Shown: positions 19,884 to 28,295 of the stretch, piece by piece
Layout of the letters: each line of letters starts with the position of its first letter
How positions within the stretch are numbered: the stretch's first letter is position 1
NCBI GenBank assembly: GCA_942492185.1
Contig: CALOEA010000062.1
Location: 33,459-97,458, forward strand
DNA from: an uncultured Alphaproteobacteria bacterium
GTDB lineage: Bacteria; Pseudomonadota; Alphaproteobacteria; Kiloniellales; JACOMY01
Length of the DNA stretch: 64,000 nt
Direction: 5' to 3'
Program-made: the position numbers and the translations under genes
The notes under the pieces: model-generated
Database searches by the model: none
What the model saw: only the letters and a program-made list of their open reading frames with translations
What the model was told of the DNA's origin: nothing

Positions 19884-20622
19884 TCGCGATGCCGAGATAG
19901 CTTTCGAAGAGAGCGACATCCGCCAGGGCGCCGCCGCTGCGCCGCCGCGCGATCGAGAGCCGCAGCATCTCGAACAGCTGCAGGCGCTCCGGGGTCTGCG
20001 GCCCTCCGGTCATCGAGCCGAGGTGCCGGCGATAGTAGAGCGTTACCTGCTGCAGGATCACGAAAGGCACCCTGCGCTCGCGCATCCGCATGTAGAGGTC
20101 CATGTCCTCGCTGAAGCGCAGCGACTCGTCGAGACCGCCCAAGGCCTCCAGCGCCGCCCGGCGGTACAGCAGGGCGCCGAGATGGACATGGAACAGGGCG
20201 ATGCGGCGCGCCTCCGCGGCCGGCGCCAGCCCCTCGTCATCGGCGCGGTCGAACCAGCAGGTGAAGCCGCTGACGGCATCGAGTTCCGGCGCGGCCTTCA
20301 GTCGTGCGAGCTGCAGTGCCAGCTTGCCGGCCGGCCAGAGATCGTCGGCATCGATGAAGCCGACAACCGCCCCGCGCGCTTCGGCCAATCCCCGGTTCCG
20401 TGCGGCGGCCGGGCCGCCGTTCCGGGTGGTGATGACGCGGAGCCGTGGCTCGCGCTCCCGCCAGGCCGCCAGACGGTCCGGCGAGTCGTCGGTCGAGCCG
20501 TCGTCGACCGCGAGAATCTCGAAGTCGGTCACCTCCTGCCGCAGCACCGAGCGCAGCGCGTCGTCGAGAAAGGCACCGCCATTGAAGACGGGCAGGATGA
20601 TGCTGACCTCAGGGGCGGGCAT
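19693..20622 (-). CDS. Family-2 glycosyltransferase (first of three)
   Basis: VSIILPVFNG...ILAVDDGSTDDS...IDADD motifs. ATG 20622 overlaps the kinase-like gene by 14 nt. Similarity fades near 19870 but the frame stays open to 19693, so the 3' end is uncertain. Confidence 0.75.
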   Translation of the reverse strand: MPAPEVSIILPVFNGGAFLDDALRSVLRQEVTDFEILAVDDGSTDDSPDRLAAWREREPRLRVITTRNGGPAAARNRGLAEARGAVVGFIDADDLWPAGKLALQLARLKAAPELDAVSGFTCWFDRADDEGLAPAAEARRIALFHVHLGALLYRRAALEALGGLDESLRFSEDMDLYMRMRERRVPFVILQQVTLYYRRHLGSMTGGPQTPERLQLFEMLRLSIARRRSGGALADVALFESYLGIANAGDRSPAWPHRPALPGGALNVKIACVTRGGPRPGQVSKSSWSTSVRATRVPHWSPRTFPRRA

Positions 20623-21679
20623 CGGCCACCTCGTCGAGCAAGCGATGCAGCATGGCGGCAAGGGCGGCCGGATCGCTGCCCAGTGCCAGTTCGAAGCAGG
20701 GCAGCCGCCGGGTCAGCGCGGCCAGGTCGGCGAAGCGCCGGCTGTCGTGCCCGGGCAGCAGGAAGAGCGAGGAGGGTGCCAGCGCGCGCAGCAGCGGCGC
20801 GCCGCCGATGCGGCGGTGGCGGCTTTCAGCGCCGGCCACGACCCGCGGCAGCGCCAGCGCGGCGACCGGCAGCCAGGGCAGGTCGCGCCCGGGCAGGAGT
20901 TCGCGCTGATAGAGCCGCGCCTTCTGGCCGGCCGGACGGCCGGGATTGGCAACCGCGCCGGAGGGCACGGCCAGGCGCGCCAGCGCGTCGTCGGCAAGCT
21001 TCAGCGTCGAGAAGAGGCCGTGCGCCCGGGCGCCCTTGCGGCAGTCGAGGGCGATGAAGTCGTCGCCAACGCCGACCAGGCCGCCCTCGCGCAGGGCCAC
21101 CAGACTGGTGCTCGACTTGCCGGCACCGCCGGCGCCGGCAACCAGCAGGCCGGGTCCGGCGGGCCGGCCGAAACCGGCAGCGTGCACCATCGCCAGTCCC
21201 TGCCCTTCCAACGCCCAGGCGAGCAGCGTGCGGCACGGCGCGCCGAGGTCCCACTCGGGAATGGCGGCACGCTCGCGCGCCCAGTAGACCGCGCGCCCAC
21301 GGCGACGGTCGAGCACCTGCCAGACCGCGCCCTCCTGCCAGGAGGCCAGCGCCCAGTCGGCGTCGAGGTGGCGGCGGCGCTGGTGATCGTGGCTCAACAC
21401 CGGCAGCGGCCAGTCGGGCGGCGGCGCGAGTCCCGCCACCGCACCCACCAGGAGATCGATGCGCAGGAGGCTGCCGCCAGGCGTCGCCTCCGGCGGGTGC
21501 GCCGCCAGGCCGCGGCAGAAGGCGGCCAGCAACCCGGCATCGTGGCTGACCAGGTCCAGCGTCAACGGGCCGAGACCGAGCCGCCGCCGCGCTGTCATCG
21601 GCGCCTTATCGGCGCAGGCTAAGACGTGGCCGACGAAGTCGGCGAAAGCGGCGGCCCGACGGTTTGGCGCTCCGTCCAT
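20609..21679 (-). CDS. HPr kinase/phosphorylase-related P-loop protein (HprK-like)
   Basis: Walker-A-like LLVAGAGGAGKSSTSLVAL followed by GDDFIALD, as in the HprK C-terminal domain. 356 aa, 12 nt downstream of the PqqD-like gene. Confidence 0.65.
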   Translation of the reverse strand: MDGAPNRRAAAFADFVGHVLACADKAPMTARRRLGLGPLTLDLVSHDAGLLAAFCRGLAAHPPEATPGGSLLRIDLLVGAVAGLAPPPDWPLPVLSHDHQRRRHLDADWALASWQEGAVWQVLDRRRGRAVYWARERAAIPEWDLGAPCRTLLAWALEGQGLAMVHAAGFGRPAGPGLLVAGAGGAGKSSTSLVALREGGLVGVGDDFIALDCRKGARAHGLFSTLKLADDALARLAVPSGAVANPGRPAGQKARLYQRELLPGRDLPWLPVAALALPRVVAGAESRHRRIGGAPLLRALAPSSLFLLPGHDSRRFADLAALTRRLPCFELALGSDPAALAAMLHRLLDEVADARP

Positions 21680-21691
21680 CGCCGCGGCGTC

Positions 21692-22129
21692 TCACTCCGC
21701 CTTGGGCGTCAGCGGCGGCTTCACCGGCCAACCCTCGGCGTCGGTTACGTCGTGGACCGGGTCGAGCGCGATCAGTTCCTGCATGTCGGTGAAGCGCTCC
21801 AGACGAGGCGGCGCGAAGTCGGCCGCCGGCGCGAGATCCGGCGGCGTGCCGGAGCCGTCGCCCGCGCGCACCAGCTCCTCGGTCTCGAGCTCCTGCAGGA
21901 AGGCGAGCACGGTGGGTTCGACCGTCGCCGCCTCCGGTGCACCGGCGTAGGCGGCCGCCACCCGCGCCGCGATGGCCGCCGCGTCCAGACCGCAGCCGAT
22001 CAGGGGCCAGAGCCGCGGCGCGCTGCCGGTCAGGCTGTAGTAGATGCCGCGATCGAGGTGGATGACCACGACCTCCTCATCGAAGGCCTCGGCAACGACA
22101 TAGGGACTGTTGATGACGAGCGTGCTCAC
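21692..22129 (-). CDS. PqqD-like (RiPP recognition element-type) protein with a ~55-aa C-terminal extension
   Basis: Residues 1-88 fit the PqqD pattern (VVAEAFDEEVVVIHLDRGIYYSLTGSAPRLWPLI..LAFLQELETEELV). The tail is GDGSGTPPDLAPAADFAPPRLERFTDMQELIALDPVHDVTDAEGWPVKPPLTPKAE. Confidence 0.7.
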   Translation of the reverse strand: MSTLVINSPYVVAEAFDEEVVVIHLDRGIYYSLTGSAPRLWPLIGCGLDAAAIAARVAAAYAGAPEAATVEPTVLAFLQELETEELVRAGDGSGTPPDLAPAADFAPPRLERFTDMQELIALDPVHDVTDAEGWPVKPPLTPKAE

Positions 22130-22197
22130 GATGGCCCATCCCTAGCGCATCCGCGTTCCGCCGTCGAGCCGGCCGGGTGGAGCCGGCCAGCGCTCAT

Positions 22198-23631
22198 TCA
22201 GAGCTTCGGACGACCCTTCTTGTCGCGGTAGAAGCCGCCGACCGCGCCCTCGAAGGCCGCGCCAGCATGGAACACCGAGGCATCATCGTAGGTGCGCCCG
22301 ACGATCGAGAGGCCGGTCGGCACGCCGTTGCCGGCGAAGCCCGACGGCAGCGACATCACCGGGCAGCGCGACAGCATGTTGAAGCACATGGTCATCAGCC
22401 ACTCCTCGATACCGTCCTGCGGCTTGCCGTTGATGACGAGCTTCTCCTTGACGTAGCTCTCGCCGGCCTTGACCGAGGGCACCGGCAAGGTCGGGCAGAG
22501 GAAGACCCGGTTGCGCTCCAGCACCGGGCCCAGCGCGGCATACATCTTCGCCTCGATCTCCAGGCCCTTCACGAAGTCGGCCTTCTTTACCTTGGCAGCC
22601 TGCTCGGCAAATGCCAGCGCGTAGTCCGTCATGATGTCGCGATGCTTTTTCACGTACTGCGCGATCCAAGGGCCGAAGATCGTACCGAAGTGCGCACGGC
22701 CGGCCATGGCGATCTCGTCGCGCTTCCAGCCGAGCTTCACCTCCTCGACCTTGGCGCCGAGCGAACGGAAGACCTCCACCGCCTGCAGGGTGTTCTCGAT
22801 CACGTCGGGCTCGATGTCGTAGCAGTCGAGGTCGAGCGAGACGGCGATCTTCCAGCCCTTCACCGACTTGAAGCTCGTCGGTACCGTCACCTTGGGGCGC
22901 AGCGAGACGATGTCCTTCGGATGCGGGCCGACCATGACGTTCTGCAGCAGTGCGCAGTCCAGCACCGAACGCGCCATCGGACCGACATGGCAGTACTGGT
23001 CGAGATTGAAGGGCGCCGAATCGGGATTGCGCCCATAGGGCGGCTTGTAGCCGACCACGCCGGACATCGAGGCCGGAATGCGGATCGAGCCGCCGATGTC
23101 GGAACCGTTGGCGAGGATCGTCGAACCGGAGGCGAGCGAGGCCCCGGCGCCGCCGGACGAGCCGCCCGGCGAGTAGTCGAGGTTCCAGGGCGTGCGGGTG
23201 ACGCCCCAGATGCGCGAGTGGGTGTAGGGCGCACAGGAGAACTCCGGCGCCGCGGAGCGCGCATGCACGATTGCGCCGGCCTGCAGGACCCGCTCGATCG
23301 AATAGTTGGTCTCGGGGTCGCTCGAATCCTTGTAGATCAGCGAGCCGAAGGTGGTGTTGTAACCCTCCATCAGGGTCTCGTCCTTGACCACCAGCGGGAT
23401 GCCCTCGAGCGCACGAGGCGCGCCGCCGCGCTTGCCATAGGCGGCCTCGGCCGCCTTCGCCTGCTCCAGCGCGCGGTCGAAGTAGGTCATCGGCAGCGCG
23501 TTGACCTTGGGCTCGGTCTTCTGCGCCCGCTTCACCACCGCCTTCATCAGCTCGACCGGCGACAGCTTCTTCTTCTTGAAGAGAGCCAGCGCCTCCCCGG
23601 CGGTGATGTAGCAAAGATCGTCCGACGCCAT
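22198..23631 (-). CDS. Amidase-signature family amidase
   Basis: 477 aa with the GGSSGG signature block (DYSPGGSSGGAGASLASG). 68 nt upstream of the PqqD-like gene on the same strand. Confidence 0.85.
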   Translation of the reverse strand: MASDDLCYITAGEALALFKKKKLSPVELMKAVVKRAQKTEPKVNALPMTYFDRALEQAKAAEAAYGKRGGAPRALEGIPLVVKDETLMEGYNTTFGSLIYKDSSDPETNYSIERVLQAGAIVHARSAAPEFSCAPYTHSRIWGVTRTPWNLDYSPGGSSGGAGASLASGSTILANGSDIGGSIRIPASMSGVVGYKPPYGRNPDSAPFNLDQYCHVGPMARSVLDCALLQNVMVGPHPKDIVSLRPKVTVPTSFKSVKGWKIAVSLDLDCYDIEPDVIENTLQAVEVFRSLGAKVEEVKLGWKRDEIAMAGRAHFGTIFGPWIAQYVKKHRDIMTDYALAFAEQAAKVKKADFVKGLEIEAKMYAALGPVLERNRVFLCPTLPVPSVKAGESYVKEKLVINGKPQDGIEEWLMTMCFNMLSRCPVMSLPSGFAGNGVPTGLSIVGRTYDDASVFHAGAAFEGAVGGFYRDKKGRPKL

Positions 23632-23737
23632 CGTCCCCTCCTCCAGCGTGCAAGGCGGCGCGGATCATGGCACAAGCTCTCGGGGCGGCGCGATGGTCTG
23701 CCGCCTCGCCGCACCGCAGAATCCGGAACCACGCCCC

Positions 23738-25567
23738 ATGATCGACGCCCCGCCCCTGCCGCCCGCCGCTGCCGCCGGACTTGAGGAGGCGCTGCTGCTG
23801 CTCGCCGCCGGTCAACTGGCAGAGGCCGCAGCCGCCTACCGCCGCGCCGAAGCCGAAGCACCGGCCGCCGCCGAATTGCCGCACCGCCTGGCGCTGGCCT
23901 TGGCCGGCATCGGCCGCCAACGCGACGCCCTGGTGCAACACTTCGTCGCACTGCGCCGGGAGAATGCAGGACTCTACCGCCAGACCCTGGCGCGCGCGCT
24001 CGCCGACGGCCGCAGCGACCTCGCCGGTGCCAGTCCCGCGATCCGCGAGACCCTGATCGGGCTGCTGCGGGCCGAGGACGTCAGCCCGCTCGACATCGGG
24101 CCGGCGGCGCTCTCGGTGCTGCAGCCCCATCCCGGCCTGGAGGGACTGCTGTCCGCCGCCTCGACCCCCGGCGTCGACGAGGAGCGGATGACCGCCGCGC
24201 TCGAGACCGCAGAGGCGCAGGCGCTGCTGGGCGACCCGCTCTGGCTCTGGCTGCTGTCGCGTGCCCTGCAGACCGCCTTGCCGATGGAGGGCCTGCTGAC
24301 GGTCCTGCGCCGCCTCGCCCTGTCGCGCGGCATGCGCCCGGAGCAGCCGGCCGGCCTGCTCGCCGATGCATTGGAGCCGCTGGCGGCGCTGGCGCTGCAG
24401 GCCAATCTCGGCAGCCACGCCTGGCTGGAGCTGAAGGCCGAACGCGAGGCCGTCGAGGCGCTGCAGACGCAGTGGAGCGCCAATCCTCCCGGCGAACTGG
24501 ACGCCGCCACGCTGCTGCTCGCCTGCTACCGCGCGCTGCCGAGCGACGCTGCGGTGCCGCGGCTGCCTGCCGGTCCCACCGTGCTGCTGGCGGAAGCGCA
24601 CGACCGGCTGCTGCTGTCGCCGCGGCGACGGCGCGAGACCGCCGCCCTGCTGCCGGGCCTGACGCCGGTCGCCGAGGGCGTCTCAGCTACGGTCCAGGCG
24701 CACTACGACGCCAATCCCTATCCGCGCTGGCTGGCCACCAATCTGCCGGAACCCCGGCCGCTGCCGGCCGTCCTGGCCGGCCTCTTTCCCTGGCTCGAGG
24801 CCGCGACGCTGCCGCAGCAGCAGCCGCTGCCGCTGCTGATCGCCGGCTGCGGCACCGGCGAGCAGGCGTTGCGCAGCGCCCGTCGCTTCGCCGGTGCCGA
24901 GGTGCTGGCGATCGACCTCTCCCGCACCGCGCTGGCCTATGGCCAGGAGCGTGCGGAAGCGGCGGGCCTGACCAACGTCACCTTCGCCCAGGCCGACATC
25001 ATGACGCTGGGCGAGCTCGATCAGCGCTTCGCGGTCATCGAATGCTTCGGCGTGCTGCACCATCTGGCCGACCCCTTCGCCGGCTGGCAGGTCCTGCGCC
25101 GGCTGCTGCTGCCCGGCGGGCTGATGCGGATCGCGCTCTACCGCCGCCGCGCCCGGGCGCCGCTGGCCGAGGCGCGGCGCCTGCTGGGGGCGGACGCCGC
25201 GGCCATCGCCACGGCCGACGAGCTGCGCGCGGCCCGCGCCCGCCTGCTGCGCCTCGCCGCGACGGAGCCTTCGGCCGCCTTCGTGCTGCGCTTTCTCGAC
25301 GCCTTCGACCTCGACGGGCTGCGCGACCTGCTGTTCCACGCGCAGGAGACCGACTTCACCCTGCCGCAGATCGACGACATGCTGCAGCGCCTCGGGCTGG
25401 AGTTCCTCGGCTTCGAACTGGAGCAGGCCGAGACGCGCACGGCCTTCCGCCAGCTCCATCCCGATCCGGCCGCCGAGCGCGACCTGAGCCTCTGGGACGC
25501 CTTCGAGGCCGATGAGCCGGAGAGCTTCCTCTCGATGTACCGCTTCTGGTGCCGCGCCGCCGACTGA
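23738..25567 (+). CDS. TPR-like repeat protein fused to a class I SAM-dependent methyltransferase
   Basis: Ala/Leu-rich helical-repeat N-terminus. Methyltransferase motif I LLIAGCGTGEQAL, then VLAIDLS and ECFGVLHHL. Start ATG 23738. Confidence 0.75.
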   Translation: MIDAPPLPPAAAAGLEEALLLLAAGQLAEAAAAYRRAEAEAPAAAELPHRLALALAGIGRQRDALVQHFVALRRENAGLYRQTLARALADGRSDLAGASPAIRETLIGLLRAEDVSPLDIGPAALSVLQPHPGLEGLLSAASTPGVDEERMTAALETAEAQALLGDPLWLWLLSRALQTALPMEGLLTVLRRLALSRGMRPEQPAGLLADALEPLAALALQANLGSHAWLELKAEREAVEALQTQWSANPPGELDAATLLLACYRALPSDAAVPRLPAGPTVLLAEAHDRLLLSPRRRRETAALLPGLTPVAEGVSATVQAHYDANPYPRWLATNLPEPRPLPAVLAGLFPWLEAATLPQQQPLPLLIAGCGTGEQALRSARRFAGAEVLAIDLSRTALAYGQERAEAAGLTNVTFAQADIMTLGELDQRFAVIECFGVLHHLADPFAGWQVLRRLLLPGGLMRIALYRRRARAPLAEARRLLGADAAAIATADELRAARARLLRLAATEPSAAFVLRFLDAFDLDGLRDLLFHAQETDFTLPQIDDMLQRLGLEFLGFELEQAETRTAFRQLHPDPAAERDLSLWDAFEADEPESFLSMYRFWCRAAD

Positions 25568-25583
25568 GACGAGCCCTGCGGCG

Positions 25584-26270
25584 TCAGTCTGCCAAGGCCG
25601 ATTGCGAGGCCCGCCAGTCGCGCCGCAGCGCCTCGCCCTCGCCGACGAAGCGCCGCCGCAGCGGCCGGCAGCGCGCGATCCGATCGGGGCGGAAGTGGCG
25701 GAAATCGCGCCTGAGTTCGCACCAGGCCGCCAGCACCAGCGAGTCGGCATAGTAGACCAGGGCCAGCGGGCGCACCGTGCGGCGGGTCGCCTTGCCCGCC
25801 GCGTCGCGGTAGTCGAGTCGCAGGCAGGTCTCGCCGCCGATGGCGGCCCGCACCGCCCGCAGGTCGAGGCCGGCCGGCACCTCCGGCTGCCAGGCCGAGA
25901 CGAAGAGCGTCGCCGGCACGCCGGCCTCCCGGCCCTCCGGCAGCACGGCGCGGATCTTGCCGAGCGCACTGGCCGCGGCCGTCGTGAGGCCACGATCGGC
26001 GGTGCGGCGCAGCAGGGCGATCCCGACCAGCAGCGCCTCGATCTCGGCCTCGCTGAACATCAGCGGCGGCAGGTCGTAGCCGCGCCGCATGAGGTAGCCG
26101 ATGCCGGCGGCGCCCTCGACCGGCACCCGCAGCGACTGCAACGTGGCGATGTCGCGATAGAGCGTTCGGGTGGACACCTCCAACTCCGCCGCCATGTCCT
26201 CGGCGCGCAGCGGGCGACGCGCCGCGCGCAGCAGCTGGATCAGTTGGAAGAGACGGTCGCTTCGTTGCAT
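25584..26270 (-). CDS. YafY-family transcriptional regulator (HTH + WYL domain), copy 1
   Basis: MQRSDRLFQLIQLL..STRTLYRDIATL HTH, and a C-terminal WYL-type block (RPLALVYYADSLVLAAWCELRRDFRHFRPDRI). Confidence 0.85.
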   Translation of the reverse strand: MQRSDRLFQLIQLLRAARRPLRAEDMAAELEVSTRTLYRDIATLQSLRVPVEGAAGIGYLMRRGYDLPPLMFSEAEIEALLVGIALLRRTADRGLTTAAASALGKIRAVLPEGREAGVPATLFVSAWQPEVPAGLDLRAVRAAIGGETCLRLDYRDAAGKATRRTVRPLALVYYADSLVLAAWCELRRDFRHFRPDRIARCRPLRRRFVGEGEALRRDWRASQSALAD

Positions 26271-26290
26271 GACGCCCCCAGATTGCGACG

Positions 26291-26320
26291 GCTCTCCTGA
26301 CAGCCTGGTGTCAGGAGAGC
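26291..26320. promoter_or_regulatory. Perfect 12-bp inverted repeat GCTCTCCTGACA-N6-TGTCAGGAGAGC (core CTGACA-N6-TGTCAG)
   Basis: Read directly. It lies in the divergent region between YafY copy 1 (start 26270) and the 26362 operon. The same core recurs at 40131-40150 next to YafY copy 2. Confidence 0.6.
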
Positions 26321-26361
26321 TTCGCTAGCCTGCCCGGCCCACTCCCGGAAAGGAAGCAACG

Positions 26362-26796
26362 ATGACGCCCTTCGAGACCCGCTCGCTCAGCCTGCAGCCC
26401 TTCTGGCTGCTGACCTTCCAGGCGCCGCAGGAGGACGTCGACCGCGTGATGGCGGCGGTGACCGCCGTGACCCCGCTGGTCATGGGCGCCTATGACGGCA
26501 ACGCCTGGCAAAGCGCCCCGGGGGTCGAGCGCTACCGCCCCCGCGAAGGCGCCGCCGCCGGCGCCGAGGCGATGCCACGGCAGCGCCCCGGCGTGGTGAC
26601 CGTGAGCTTCCAGCTGCCGCGCGAACAGGCGGTGCTGGACGGCGTCATCGAGGCCATCTACGAGACCCACAGCTATCAGGAACCGGTGATCGAGCTGCGC
26701 GAGATCCTGGCCAGCCGCACCCGGGGGCGCGACGACCGCGCGAATCCCAACCGCTGGTGGAACACGACCGGCGACTGGAAGGCGCGCCAGACATGA
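26362..26796 (+). CDS. Small conserved protein, possibly Nif3/YqfO insert-domain-like (COG3323-type)
   Basis: 144 aa. The block VIEAIYETHSYQEPVI resembles the hPYEEP motif of that fold. The stop overlaps the next start (ATGA at 26793). Function unknown. Confidence 0.35.
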   Translation: MTPFETRSLSLQPFWLLTFQAPQEDVDRVMAAVTAVTPLVMGAYDGNAWQSAPGVERYRPREGAAAGAEAMPRQRPGVVTVSFQLPREQAVLDGVIEAIYETHSYQEPVIELREILASRTRGRDDRANPNRWWNTTGDWKARQT

Positions 26797-27660
26797 GCAG
26801 CGGACTGTCGCCCGCGGCGGCCGCTCCCCGCCGGCGGCGACTCGGCGTCCTGCTGGTGCTGCTCTCGGCGCTGGGCTGGAGCACTGCGGGACTGTTCACC
26901 AAGGGCGTCGAGGCGGACGGCTGGACGGTGCTCTTCTGGCGCAGCCTCTTCGCCGCGCCGCCGCTCCTGGCCTATGCCCTGCGGCGTGCTGCGGGCGGTG
27001 GCGGCGCCGCGTTCCGTCGTCTCGGCTGGCCGGGCTGGACGACCGCGCTCGTCGCCAGCGCCGCCACCGTCTGCTTCCTGCAGGCCTTCAAGCTGACGAG
27101 CGTTGCCAAGGTCACCTTGATCTACGCCACCGCGCCCTTCCTCGCCGCCGCCCTGGCCTGGCTGCTGTTCCGGGAACGACCGCGCCGCCGCACCCTGCTG
27201 GCGAGTCTCGGCGCGCTCGCCGGCGTCTTGACCATGCTCGGCGGCACCCTGCGGAGCGGCACGATGGCGGGCGACGGGCTGGCCCTGGCGATGACGCTCT
27301 GCATGGCCCTCTACCTGGTGATGCTGCGACGCTTCGCCGAGCGGCCGATGCTGCTGGCGGCCGCTCTCTCCTCGCTGCAGATCGCCCTGATCGCCTGGAT
27401 CGTCGCGCCGAGTCTCATGGCGCCGGCCGGCGAGCTCGCGCTCCTGGCGCTCTTCGGCCTGCTGCAGGCCCTGGCGGTGATCGCGCTGACCGCGGGCGCG
27501 GCCCGCCTGGCTGCGGCGGACAGCGCCCTGCTGAGTGCGTTGGAGACGCCGCTGGCCCCGCTCTGGGCCTGGCTGCTGCTGGCCGAACGGCCGGCCGCCG
27601 CCACTCTGCTCGGCGGCGCGCTGATCCTCGTGGCGCTCTTCTGGTCGCTGCGCCCGCCAG
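26793..27660 (+). CDS. EamA/DMT-family transporter (3' end undefined: no in-frame stop before 28295)
   Basis: Ten predicted TM helices, with EamA-type repeats (LLSALGWSTAGLFTK..; LSALETPLAPLWAWLLLAERP). Similarity ends near 27660 (..LILVALFWSL), but the frame runs on through the next two genes. Confidence 0.7.
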
Positions 27661-27696
27661 GCGCTAGCATGGCACCGCCCAGAGGGAGGACCGCCC

Positions 27697-27957
27697 ATGC
27701 TCGAACTGCGCCCCTGTTGCGAATGCTGCGGCACGGACCTGCCGCCCGAGAGCCCGGAAGCGCGCATCTGTTCCTACGAGTGCACCTTCTGCCGCGACTG
27801 CGCCGAAGGGGTGCTGGCCGGGCGCTGCCCGAACTGCGGCGGCGAGATGGTCCGCCGGCCGGTGCGTCCGGCGGCGCGACTGCTGACCCACCCGGCCTCC
27901 ACCCAGCGCAAGGTGAAGCCGGAGGGCTGCGTCGCCGCCGACGGCGTCGCGCGATGA
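27697..27957 (+). CDS. DUF1272 Cys-rich (zinc-ribbon-like) protein
   Basis: MLELRPCCECCGTDLPPESPEARICSYECTFCRDCAEGVLAGRCPNCGGEMVRRP matches the DUF1272 pattern. RBS gggagga sits before ATG 27697. Confidence 0.8.
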   Translation: MLELRPCCECCGTDLPPESPEARICSYECTFCRDCAEGVLAGRCPNCGGEMVRRPVRPAARLLTHPASTQRKVKPEGCVAADGVAR

Positions 27958-28295
27958 GCGGGGAACCCGTCATCGCGGGCTGGCACGCCCACATCTATTA
28001 CGACGACGAGAGTGTCGAGGCCGCCGCGGCGCTGCGCGAAGCCGCCGGCCAACGCTTTGCCGTGGAGCTCGGCCGGCTGCATCGCAAGCCGGTCGGACCG
28101 CATCCGCGCTGGAGCTGCCAGCTCGCCTTCGCGCCGGAGGTCTTTCCCCAGATCGTGCCCTGGCTGGCGCTGAACCGCGGCGAGCTGGTGATCTTCCTGC
28201 ACCCGGAGACCGGCCAGGCGGTCGAGGATCATCGCGACCGCGCGCTGTGGATGGGCACCGGCCTGGAGCTCAACCTGGCGGTGCTGCCGACCTAG
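27954..28295 (+). CDS. DOPA 4,5-dioxygenase family protein
   Basis: WHAHIYYD...GRLHRKPVGPHPRWSCQLAF...WLALNRGELVIFLHPETG..DHRDRALWMG matches the family. ATG 27954 overlaps the DUF1272 stop (ATGA). Confidence 0.8.
   Translation: MSGEPVIAGWHAHIYYDDESVEAAAALREAAGQRFAVELGRLHRKPVGPHPRWSCQLAFAPEVFPQIVPWLALNRGELVIFLHPETGQAVEDHRDRALWMGTGLELNLAVLPT

Noticed and set aside
22198-23631. The amidase as GatA (Glu-tRNA amidotransferase subunit A)
   Set aside because: No gatB or gatC is adjacent, and the context differs. The generic amidase-signature call is retained.
22283-24601. 772-aa minus-strand ORF overlapping the amidase and the methyltransferase
   Set aside because: It is out of frame with the amidase and antisense to the methyltransferase, with low-complexity Arg/Gly-rich content.
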